A stretch of 64,000 nucleotides of DNA, from positions 31,846 to 95,845 of the forward strand of contig JAFXIT010000024.1 of assembly GCA_017532825.1 (NCBI GenBank). Reading direction: 5' to 3'. Both the position numbers and the translations under genes were made by a program. Positions 10,458-18,050 of the stretch are shown piece after piece; position 1 is the first letter of the stretch, and the number at the start of each line of letters is the position of its first letter. The notes below the pieces were generated by a model that was not told the origin of the DNA, searched no databases, and saw only the letters and a list, made by a program, of their open reading frames with translations. The DNA is from Clostridia bacterium. Lineage in GTDB: Bacteria; Bacillota; Clostridia; Oscillospirales; QAMX01.

Positions 10458-10470
10458 GTTTTCTCCTTCT

Positions 10471-10484
10471 GTTGAATTTTCAAC
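10471..10484. promoter_or_regulatory. Inverted repeat GTTGA-N4-TCAAC in the crp/ldhA divergent region (candidate Crp/Fnr-family operator)
   Basis: GTTGAATTTTCAAC overlaps the -35 position of a TATACT -10 (10502-10507) for ldhA. It lies just upstream of the crp RBS on the other strand. Confidence 0.45.
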
Positions 10485-10540
10485 ATACTTTACGGACAAA
10501 TTATACTATCATAGAGCTACAAAGTCAAGGAGGACCAAGG

Positions 10541-11572
10541 ATGAAAATAGCGTTTTTTGATACAAAGCCCTACGACGTACCCGCATTCGAGAGGTATGCA
10601 AAGGAGTACGGCGTTACCTTTAAATATTTCGAGACCAAGCTCAACGCCGACACGGCGGAGCTTGCAAAGGGAGCCGACGGTGTCTGTGCATTCGTAAACG
10701 ACACGGTAGACGCCGCCGTCATAGACCGTCTGGAGCAGATGGGAGTAAAGCTTTTGGCACTGCGGTGTGCCGGATTTAACAACGTAGATATGAAGCACGC
10801 CTTCGGCAGGATACACGTCCTGCGGGTGCCTGCATACTCCCCCTACGCAGTTGCCGAGCACGCAATGGCGCTTTTGCTGACTTCTATCCGACGGATACAC
10901 AAGGCATATATCCGCACAAAGGATTTCAACTTCAGTCTTTCGGGGCTTACCGGCTTCGATCTTCACGGCAAGACCGTCGGCGTCATCGGCACCGGTCGTA
11001 TAGGCCGTGTATTCATCGACATCTGCAGGGGCTTTGGCATGAGGGTGCTGGCATACGATAAGTTCCCCTCAAGGGAGCTTGAGAGCGACCTTCTGAGATA
11101 CGTCAGTCTTGAAGAGCTTTTTGCTCAAAGCGACATAATCTCCCTTCACTGCCCTCTGACAGACGACACCCGTCACATCATTGACGGCAGGGCGTTGAGC
11201 AGCTGCAAAAAGGGCGTGGTCATAATCAACACCTCCCGAGGCGCTTTGGTCGATGCCGAGGCGCTGCTTGCGGGGATAAAATCCCGCCAGGTCGGGGCGG
11301 CCTGCCTGGACGTTTACGAGGAGGAGGCCGACCTGTTTTTCGAGGACAACTCGGGACACATCATGGAGGACGACACGCTGGCACGTCTGATCTCGATGCC
11401 AAACGTCATCGTGACGTCACATCAGGCATTCCTGACCGAGGAGGCGCTTGCAAACATCGCCGAAACGACGGTAAAAAATATCTCCGACTTTTTAAACAAC
11501 GGTCAATGCCCCAACGAGCTTTGCTACCGCTGCGGAAACACAGAGGACTGCAAGGTCGGAAAATGCTTTTAA
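10541..11572 (+). CDS. ldhA: D-lactate dehydrogenase / D-isomer 2-hydroxyacid dehydrogenase with a Cys-rich C-terminal tail
   Basis: MKIAFFDTKPYD start after AAGGAGGA. It has GVIGTGRIGRV (NAD site) and a TSHQAFLT catalytic His. It ends ...GQCPNELCYRCGNTEDCKVGKCF. Confidence 0.85.
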   Translation: MKIAFFDTKPYDVPAFERYAKEYGVTFKYFETKLNADTAELAKGADGVCAFVNDTVDAAVIDRLEQMGVKLLALRCAGFNNVDMKHAFGRIHVLRVPAYSPYAVAEHAMALLLTSIRRIHKAYIRTKDFNFSLSGLTGFDLHGKTVGVIGTGRIGRVFIDICRGFGMRVLAYDKFPSRELESDLLRYVSLEELFAQSDIISLHCPLTDDTRHIIDGRALSSCKKGVVIINTSRGALVDAEALLAGIKSRQVGAACLDVYEEEADLFFEDNSGHIMEDDTLARLISMPNVIVTSHQAFLTEEALANIAETTVKNISDFLNNGQCPNELCYRCGNTEDCKVGKCF

Positions 11573-11587
11573 CGGGAGGATATTGCA

Positions 11588-12286
11588 ATGAAGAGACGAA
11601 TAATTCGTATCGACGGGGAAAGGTGCAACGGCTGCGGAGCCTGCGCAAGGGCCTGCCACGAGGGTGCCATCGAGATGATAAAGGGCAAGGCGGTGCTTAC
11701 ACGGGAGGACTATTGCGACGGTCTGGGTGACTGTCTGCCCGCCTGCCCCACGAATGCCATATCCTTTGAGGAGCGTGAGGCTCCCGCCTACGACGAGGAG
11801 GCGGTCAGCCGTGCAAAGCAGCAAAGGCAGGAGGCAAAGCTTCCCTGCGGCTGTCCCGGCACAAGCTCCCGCACCATAAAGCGGGATGCTTCGGTCCGGG
11901 CAGCAAGGCAGTCCTCCTCTCCGAGCAGACTTTCGCAATGGCCCGTACAGATAAAGCTGGTGCCGGTCAACGCACCCTATTTTGAGGATGCCGAGCTACT
12001 CATAGCCGCCGACTGCACGGCGTTTGCCTGCGGAGGCTTCCACAACGAGCTTATGCGGGGAAGGATAACCCTTATCGGCTGTCCCAAGCTTGACGAGGGC
12101 GACTACTCGGTAAAGCTTACGGCGATACTCAGATCAAATCCCATAAGGAGCATTACCGTGGCAGGTATGGAGGTACCCTGCTGCGGAGGTCTGGAAAACG
12201 CCGTAAAGCGTGCCCTCCGGGCAAGCGGAAAGAGTATCCCTCTTCAGGTCTTCACGGTGACGACCGACGGAAGAATTCTCAACTGA
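11588..12286 (+). CDS. 4Fe-4S dicluster ferredoxin-domain protein with a Cys-containing C-terminal domain
   Basis: CNGCGACARAC and CDGLGDCLPACP cluster motifs. C-terminal ADCTAFACGG, GCPKLD and MEVPCCGG. It starts 15 nt after ldhA with a GGGAGGA RBS. Confidence 0.75.
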   Translation: MKRRIIRIDGERCNGCGACARACHEGAIEMIKGKAVLTREDYCDGLGDCLPACPTNAISFEEREAPAYDEEAVSRAKQQRQEAKLPCGCPGTSSRTIKRDASVRAARQSSSPSRLSQWPVQIKLVPVNAPYFEDAELLIAADCTAFACGGFHNELMRGRITLIGCPKLDEGDYSVKLTAILRSNPIRSITVAGMEVPCCGGLENAVKRALRASGKSIPLQVFTVTTDGRILN

Positions 12287-12300
12287 CCCTACATAAACGC

Positions 12301-12329
12301 TTGATTCCCACGGCAAAAAGCTATATAAT
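12301..12329 (+). promoter_or_regulatory. Promoter of the flavodiiron gene
   Basis: TTGATT, 17-nt spacer, TATAAT, 20 nt upstream of the ATG. Confidence 0.7.
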
Positions 12330-12349
12330 ATTGCACGAGGTGGAAAATT

Positions 12350-14140
12350 ATGTTTATTACGAACGATATCAAATACATCGGTGTCAACGATCGCAAGGTA
12401 GACCTGTTTGAGGGGCAGTACCCCGTACCGAACGGTATCTCATACAACTCCTACGCCATTATCGACGAGAAGATCGCCATAATGGACACCGTCGACGCCG
12501 CCTTTACCCATGAGTGGCTTGACAATATCCAAAACACCCTTGGCGAGCGCAAGCCCGATTATCTCATCATCCAGCACATGGAGCCCGACCACTCGGCAAA
12601 TATCGCAAACTTCGTAAAGGTATATCCCGACGCTGTCATCGTCGCCTCGGCAAAGGCCTTCGTGATGATGCAGAACTTCTTCGGTACCGATTTTTCCGAC
12701 CGCCGTATCGAGGTCGGCGAGGGCAGCACCCTTTCACTGGGACGCCACACCCTCACCTTCGTGACCGCACCGATGGTACACTGGCCCGAGGTCATCGTGA
12801 CCTACGATTCCTGTGACAAGGTCCTCTTCTCGGCAGACGGCTTTGGAAAGTTCGGCACTCCCGACACCGACGAGCCCTGGGCAGACGAGGCCCGCCGTTA
12901 CTTTATCGGCATCGTCGGCAAGTACGGCAACCAGGTGCAGGCCCTCCTCAAAAAGGCTGCAGGGCTTGACATCGCTACCATCTGCCCCCTTCACGGCCCC
13001 GTGCTCAAGGAAAATTTAGGATACTATATCGGACTTTACAACACCTGGTCAAGCTACCAGCCCGAGGAAGAGGGCATCGTGATAGCCTACACCTCGGTCT
13101 ACGGCAACACCAAAAAGGCCGTCCTGCAGCTTGCCGATATGCTTAACGGCAAGGGCTGTCCCACCGTCAAGGTCTACGACCTTGCACGCTGCGACATGGC
13201 CCAGGCCGTCAGCGACGCATTCCGTTACAGCAAGCTGGTGCTTGCCACTACCACCTACAACGCCGAGATCTTCCCCTTTATGCGTGAATTTATCAACCAC
13301 CTCACCGAGCGCAACTTCTCCAACCGCACCGTCGCCCTCATCGAAAACGGAAGCTGGGCGCCCATGGCGGCAAAGGTCATGCGGGAAATGCTCGAAAAGT
13401 GCAAAAACCTCACCTACGCCGACACCTCGGTACGCATCCTCTCGGCTCTCAACGAGGAAAGCTCGTCCGCACTGGTCTCCCTTTCCGACGAGCTCTGCAA
13501 GGAATATCTTGCAAGGCAGGATTCGACGGCCAACAAAAACGACCTTTCGGCCCTTTTCAACATCGGCTACGGTCTCTACGTCGTGACCTCCAACGACGGC
13601 AAAAAGGACAACGGCCTTATCGTAAATACCGTCACCCAGGTCACAAATACCCCCAACCGCATCGCCGTCACCATCAACAAGGAAAACTATTCCCACCACG
13701 TCATCCGCCAGAGCGGTGTGATGAACATCAACTGTCTGACCGTCGACGCTCCCTTCAAGGTCTTTGAGGCCTTCGGATTTGTCAGCGGCAGAAACGTCGA
13801 CAAGTTCGCCTCCTGCGAGCCGCTGCGCTCGGATAACGGCCTTGTCTTCCTGCCGAGGTATATAAACTCCTTTATGTCACTCAAGGTCGAGCAGTATATC
13901 GACCTCGACACCCACGGTATGTTTATATGCTCGGTCACCGAGGCACGTGTCATTTCCGACCGTGAGACCATGACCTATACCTACTACCAAAACAACGTCA
14001 AGCCCAAGCCCGTCACCGAGGGCAAGAAGGGTTACGTCTGCAAGGTGTGCGGCTACATCTACGAGGGTGAGGAGCTTCCCGAGGGCTTTATCTGCCCCCT
14101 GTGCAAGCACGGCGCTGCCGATTTTGAGGAAATAAAATAA
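12350..14140 (+). CDS. Multidomain flavodiiron protein: diiron MBL-like + flavodoxin-like core, flavin-reductase-like domain, C-terminal rubredoxin
   Basis: 596 aa. It has HMEPDHS (diiron), a flavodoxin-like block (VIAYTSVYGNTKK), a Flavin_Reduct-like block (LYVVTSNDGKKDNGLIVNTV) and rubredoxin CKVCGY...CPLCKH. Confidence 0.85.
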   Translation: MFITNDIKYIGVNDRKVDLFEGQYPVPNGISYNSYAIIDEKIAIMDTVDAAFTHEWLDNIQNTLGERKPDYLIIQHMEPDHSANIANFVKVYPDAVIVASAKAFVMMQNFFGTDFSDRRIEVGEGSTLSLGRHTLTFVTAPMVHWPEVIVTYDSCDKVLFSADGFGKFGTPDTDEPWADEARRYFIGIVGKYGNQVQALLKKAAGLDIATICPLHGPVLKENLGYYIGLYNTWSSYQPEEEGIVIAYTSVYGNTKKAVLQLADMLNGKGCPTVKVYDLARCDMAQAVSDAFRYSKLVLATTTYNAEIFPFMREFINHLTERNFSNRTVALIENGSWAPMAAKVMREMLEKCKNLTYADTSVRILSALNEESSSALVSLSDELCKEYLARQDSTANKNDLSALFNIGYGLYVVTSNDGKKDNGLIVNTVTQVTNTPNRIAVTINKENYSHHVIRQSGVMNINCLTVDAPFKVFEAFGFVSGRNVDKFASCEPLRSDNGLVFLPRYINSFMSLKVEQYIDLDTHGMFICSVTEARVISDRETMTYTYYQNNVKPKPVTEGKKGYVCKVCGYIYEGEELPEGFICPLCKHGAADFEEIK

Positions 14141-14148
14141 CTCCCTTC

Positions 14149-14185
14149 AAAGGTCCTGCGGAGAGCCCTCCGCAGGGCCTTTTTG
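14149..14185 (+). terminator. Terminator after the flavodiiron gene
   Basis: AAAGGTCCTGCGGAG-AGCC-CTCCGCAGGGCCTTTTT. Confidence 0.8.
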
Positions 14186-14191
14186 TCTGCC

Positions 14192-14220
14192 TTGACGGGT
14201 AGGCTCGGCTGTGGTAAAAT
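14192..14220 (+). promoter_or_regulatory. Promoter of the CTG-ORF/nuclease operon
   Basis: TTGACG, 17-nt spacer, TAAAAT preceded by TGG (extended -10). Confidence 0.7.
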
Positions 14221-14253
14221 TATCCCAAAGAAAGAACGAGAGGGTGAGTTTGT

Positions 14254-14661
14254 CTGAAGATAATAATTTGTCTTGACTCCCGTGGCGGGATTAGCTTCAA
14301 CGGCCGCCGTCTCAGCCGTGACCGCAGGGTCACCGAGGATATCGCCGTTACCACCGGCAGCCGTCTCCGCATATCTCCCTACTCCCTGCCCCTGTTTCCC
14401 GAGGACGTCTTTGAGCTGACGGTCGGCGAGGACTACCTTGACGGTGCAGACGACGGCGAATACTGTTTTGTCGAGCGTGAGACCTTCTCCCGCCTTCTTC
14501 AAAGCATTGAGGAGATAGTCATCTACTGTTGGAACCGTGACTATCCAAGCGACGTGGCTATGGACTTTTTGCCATGTGAGTGCGGCTTTCGTTTAAGCGA
14601 GACCGCCGAGTTTAAGGGCTCGTCCCACGACCGCATAACCAAGGAGGTATTCATCAGATGA
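14254..14661 (+). CDS. Small cytoplasmic protein, tentatively DHFR-like fold; apparent CTG start (not in ORF track)
   Basis: The frame is open from 14248, after an in-frame TGA at 14245-14247, to TGA 14659-14661. No ATG/GTG/TTG lies near the 5' end. GAGAGGGTGAG sits 6-16 nt upstream of CTG 14254, and a consensus promoter lies at 14192-14220. Translation: LKIIICLDSRGGISFNGRRLSRDR...IVIYCWNRDYPSD...FKGSSHDRITKEVFIR. Its stop overlaps the nuclease ATG (ATGA). Confidence 0.6.
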   Translation: MKIIICLDSRGGISFNGRRLSRDRRVTEDIAVTTGSRLRISPYSLPLFPEDVFELTVGEDYLDGADDGEYCFVERETFSRLLQSIEEIVIYCWNRDYPSDVAMDFLPCECGFRLSETAEFKGSSHDRITKEVFIR

Positions 14662-15596
14662 GTGCAAGGAAAAGAAGATCCTCAAGCAAGGGCTTTTTGG
14701 CCGTAATAGCCATTGCGGCGGTATTGCTCGTTGCATCGTTATTCCTGCCCGAGGGTCCGCTTTCGGGACCGCTCGGCTTTGGCGGCAGTTCAGATAACAC
14801 CCAACCCGTTGTCGGGCTTGACGAGATACCTCCCTATTCGGGAAGTCCCTACGTTGCCATCAACGGCAACACACCCGACTTTTCCGAGGCCGACCTCGTC
14901 AGCAGCTCCTATGAGAGCTACGCAGAGCTTGACAGTCTTGGACGGTGCGGGGTCTGTATAGCAAGCATCGGGCGTGACATCATGCCCACCGAGGACAGAG
15001 GCGAGATAGGCTCGGTCAAGCCTACGGGCTGGCACACAGTCAAGTACGACGTCGTCGACGGCAAATATCTCTACAACCGCTGTCACCTCATCGGCTTCCA
15101 GCTCACCGGCGAAAATGCCAACGAGGAAAACCTTATCACCGGCACGAGGTACTTAAACGTCCAGGGAATGCTCCCCTTTGAAAACATGGTGGCCGACTAC
15201 GTCAAAGAGACGGGCAACCACGTGCTCTACCGTGTGACGCCGATATTCGTCGGAAAGGAGCTTGTCGCAAGAGGTGTGCAGATGGAGGCCTACTCGGTCG
15301 AGGACGACGGGGACGGAATCTGCTTTAACGTCTACTGCTACAACGTCCAGCCGGGCGTCGATATCGACTACGCCACGGGCGAGAGCGAGCTTGCAAAGGG
15401 CGGCGTGCAGACCTCGGCAACGACCGACGGCGGAGAGATACTCTCCTACGTTTTAAACACCAACACAAAGAAGTTCCACAAGCCCGAATGCTCCTCCGTC
15501 ACCGATATGAATCCCGCAAACAGGGAGGATTACTCCGGCACAAGACAGTGGCTAATCGACAACGGCTACGTCGCCTGCGGCAGTTGCCGCCCGTAA
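14658..15596 (+). CDS. Membrane-anchored DNA/RNA non-specific endonuclease (EndA / DNA-entry nuclease family) with a C-terminal Ada-like Cys4 metal-binding motif
   Basis: N-terminal anchor FLAVIAIAAVLLVASLF. Nuclease core KPTGWHTVKY...YLYNRCHLIGFQLTGENANEENLITGTRYLNVQGMLPFEN...VLYRVTPIF. C-terminus KFHKPECSSV...GYVACGSCRP. Confidence 0.85.
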   Translation: MSARKRRSSSKGFLAVIAIAAVLLVASLFLPEGPLSGPLGFGGSSDNTQPVVGLDEIPPYSGSPYVAINGNTPDFSEADLVSSSYESYAELDSLGRCGVCIASIGRDIMPTEDRGEIGSVKPTGWHTVKYDVVDGKYLYNRCHLIGFQLTGENANEENLITGTRYLNVQGMLPFENMVADYVKETGNHVLYRVTPIFVGKELVARGVQMEAYSVEDDGDGICFNVYCYNVQPGVDIDYATGESELAKGGVQTSATTDGGEILSYVLNTNTKKFHKPECSSVTDMNPANREDYSGTRQWLIDNGYVACGSCRP

Positions 15597-15670
15597 AAGG
15601 GGAACCGATAACAAACAATATGGCTTGACTGCGTAAAACGTACAGTGAGGAAAGGACGGTCGAATAGTCT

Positions 15671-16456
15671 ATGAAACTCGTACGAATCCTATTGGTACTC
15701 TGCCTCTTGTTTACTATGGCATCCTGCTCGTCAAAGCCGAACTGCGGTCCGCTCGACGAGACCGACGACCTCCCGACGTTTTATTACGGCTTTGACGACC
15801 CCGTCCCCGACCTGCCCGACCTCAACTACCCTCCGGAACCGCCCGATACGGCCGATGAGGCTGAGATTGCAGAATATGAACTTGCAAGGGGAGAAATATA
15901 CTACGATCCGTCTTTTCCACGCCCCGGTCAATTCGTAGCCGGATGGAAATTTGAAAGCGGCAGAAGGATCGCAATATACTACATTGTACGGGCGACCATC
16001 AACGTATACTATGAAATATGCATTGACGACGGAGAGGGTTGGTACCTCGAAAACTCCGGGATATGCAACAAGAAGCACGGCAAAAGGCTTTTTACCTACA
16101 ATCAAGACGGCCTTCCGACTCAATGGGGAACGACCCCCGAGACCGCAAAGATGCTCTTTGTCGGGGAAAGCATAGGTGTTATTGTTTCACTGCGGCACGA
16201 TTTTCCCAACCTTGAAAACGCCGCAAGCTATACCCTTGACGGCGGCGTGACATGGCAAAGTGTCATCACAAAAGAAAATACGCGCCTTTTCTTACCCAAG
16301 GGCATAAATCTGTACTATGATGAGCTCCTCGGATTTGAGGCAGCACCCGAGGGGGAGAACATCCGTCTTACCTTCCGGTCGGTCATGGACGGCACAGAAT
16401 ACCAATACTCGGCGTTGCTTACCAAAGACGGGCTGAAGGCCGACACCTCAAAGTAA
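15671..16456 (+). CDS. Hypothetical lipoprotein
   Basis: Signal peptide with lipobox LFTMASC. No recognisable family. Confidence 0.6.
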   Translation: MKLVRILLVLCLLFTMASCSSKPNCGPLDETDDLPTFYYGFDDPVPDLPDLNYPPEPPDTADEAEIAEYELARGEIYYDPSFPRPGQFVAGWKFESGRRIAIYYIVRATINVYYEICIDDGEGWYLENSGICNKKHGKRLFTYNQDGLPTQWGTTPETAKMLFVGESIGVIVSLRHDFPNLENAASYTLDGGVTWQSVITKENTRLFLPKGINLYYDELLGFEAAPEGENIRLTFRSVMDGTEYQYSALLTKDGLKADTSK

Positions 16457-16466
16457 ATATCGGTAA

Positions 16467-16499
16467 AGAGGTCACGGATATTCCGTGGCCTCTTTTTTT
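16467..16499 (+). terminator. Terminator after the lipoprotein gene
   Basis: AGAGGTCACGG-ATATT-CCGTGGCCTCT followed by TTTTTT. Confidence 0.8.
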
Positions 16500-16530
16500 A
16501 CACCCATTTTGTCCTTTCGGAATAATATGG

Positions 16531-16555
16531 TGTATGCAGGATATTTCTGCATACA
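16531..16555. promoter_or_regulatory. 9-bp inverted repeat upstream of dpaA
   Basis: TGTATGCAG, then GATATTT, then CTGCATACA. It lies between the upstream terminator and the dpaA start. Confidence 0.35.
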
Positions 16556-16584
16556 TCCCGACAAAAGGATATCGGTATCAAGAT

Positions 16585-17451
16585 ATGAACTTTTCGATCA
16601 TAGGCGGAGACGCAAGGCAGCTCTACCTTGCCTCCTTGCTTTCAAACAAAGGACATCGGGTAAGGCTTTGGGGCTTTGAAGGCTGTGAGGGGCCGCTTCC
16701 CTGCCCGAGATTTCCGCTAAAGGACGCACTTGCGGATGCGGATGCGGTAATTCTGCCCTACCCCGCCCTCACGGCGTCGGGTCAGATAAACGCCCCCCTT
16801 GCCCGCAGCGGCATCACCCCTGCGGCAATACTTGCAGACCTGCCCCGAGGTGCGGCGGTCTTCGGAGGAAGGCTTCCCGAGCGTTTTATCTCCGACTGCG
16901 CCGCACGCGGCTGTGAATGCTCGGACTATTCCCTGCGTGAGGAGCTGACGGTGGCAAACGCCGTCCCGAGTGCCGAGGGCGCGGTGCAGATAGCACTCTC
17001 CGAGCTTCCCTGCACCCTTAACTCCTGCAGATCGCTGGTCATAGGCTACGGAAGGATAGGAAAGCTGCTTTCGGAGCTTCTGTCCGGCTTTGGCGGCGGA
17101 GTGACGGTGGCGGCGAGAAAGCCCTCCGACCTCGCCCTTGCCCGTGCAAGGGGCTTTGAGACGGTCTGCTCCGAGCCGCTTGAAGGACTCAAGGGCTTTC
17201 GGGTGATATTCAACACCGTCCCCTACCCCTTGATCGACCGTCGGCTTATAGACGGCTGTGACGGAGGAACGGTGATAATAGACCTTGCCTCCGACCCCGG
17301 AGGGATCGTACCCGATGCGGCCGTAGGGAGCGGAGTAAGGGTCATACGGGCCCTCGGACTTCCCGGACGGTTCTCCCCCCAGACAGCCGCAGGAATAATA
17401 CTTGAAACGGTAGAAAATATGCTCAGGGAAAGGTCGGTGAACATACAGTGA
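16585..17451 (+). CDS. dpaA: Dipicolinate synthase subunit A
   Basis: MNFSIIGGDARQLYLASLL matches the SpoVFA N-terminus, with a second Rossmann block VIGYGRIGK. The start is ambiguous: the ORF track gives 16534, and the RBS for 16585 is weak. Confidence 0.8.
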   Translation: MNFSIIGGDARQLYLASLLSNKGHRVRLWGFEGCEGPLPCPRFPLKDALADADAVILPYPALTASGQINAPLARSGITPAAILADLPRGAAVFGGRLPERFISDCAARGCECSDYSLREELTVANAVPSAEGAVQIALSELPCTLNSCRSLVIGYGRIGKLLSELLSGFGGGVTVAARKPSDLALARARGFETVCSEPLEGLKGFRVIFNTVPYPLIDRRLIDGCDGGTVIIDLASDPGGIVPDAAVGSGVRVIRALGLPGRFSPQTAAGIILETVENMLRERSVNIQ

Positions 17452-18017
17452 GCATTCGTCTCGGATTTGCCATGTGCGGATCCTTTTGCACCTTCAAGCA
17501 GGTCATACCCCAGATGTACCGCCTTGCGGAGGAGGGATATGAGATATTCCCCATAATGAGCTTCAACGCACACTCCACCGATACACGCTTCGGAAGCTCT
17601 GCTTCCTTCGTCTCGGAGATAGAGGGGCTTACGGGAAAGAAGATCATATCCTCCATCGCCTCGGCCGAGCCCATCGGTCCAAAAAAGCTTTTAGACATAC
17701 TCCTTGTCGCCCCTGCAACGGGCAACACCATCGCAAAGATAGCCGCAGGCATATCGGACACACCCGTCACCCTTGCGGTAAAATCCCATCTTCGCAACTC
17801 CCGCCCCGTAGTTATCGCCGTTTCCACCAACGATGCCCTCTCGGGGAATGCCGCAAACATCGGAAGTCTTCTCTCAAGGAAGGGCTTTTACTTCGTTCCC
17901 TTCTCCCAGGACGATCCGCAGGGCAAGCCCTGCTCGGCGGTTGCCGACTTTACACTCATACCCGACACCGTCCGTTATGCCTTGGAGGCTCGTCAGCTCC
18001 AGCCGCTGTTAAGATAG
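17448..18017 (+). CDS. dpaB: Dipicolinate synthase subunit B (flavoprotein)
   Basis: GFAMCGSFCTF, VAPATGNTIAKIAAGISDTPV. GTG start overlaps the dpaA stop (GTGA). Confidence 0.88.
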   Translation: MSIRLGFAMCGSFCTFKQVIPQMYRLAEEGYEIFPIMSFNAHSTDTRFGSSASFVSEIEGLTGKKIISSIASAEPIGPKKLLDILLVAPATGNTIAKIAAGISDTPVTLAVKSHLRNSRPVVIAVSTNDALSGNAANIGSLLSRKGFYFVPFSQDDPQGKPCSAVADFTLIPDTVRYALEARQLQPLLR

Positions 18018-18019
18018 CA

Positions 18020-18050
18020 AAAGCTCCGTCCCACAGGACGGAGCTTTGTT
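18020..18050. terminator. Bidirectional terminator (dpaB / AOS)
   Basis: AAAGCTCCGTCC-CACA-GGACGGAGCTTT. Confidence 0.8.

Noticed and set aside
14059-14502. A 147-aa minus-strand ORF in the gap after the flavodiiron gene.
   Set aside because: It runs through the FDP terminator and the 14192-14220 promoter and has no RBS. The plus-strand CTG frame has promoter, SD, family-like sequence and ATGA coupling to the next gene.
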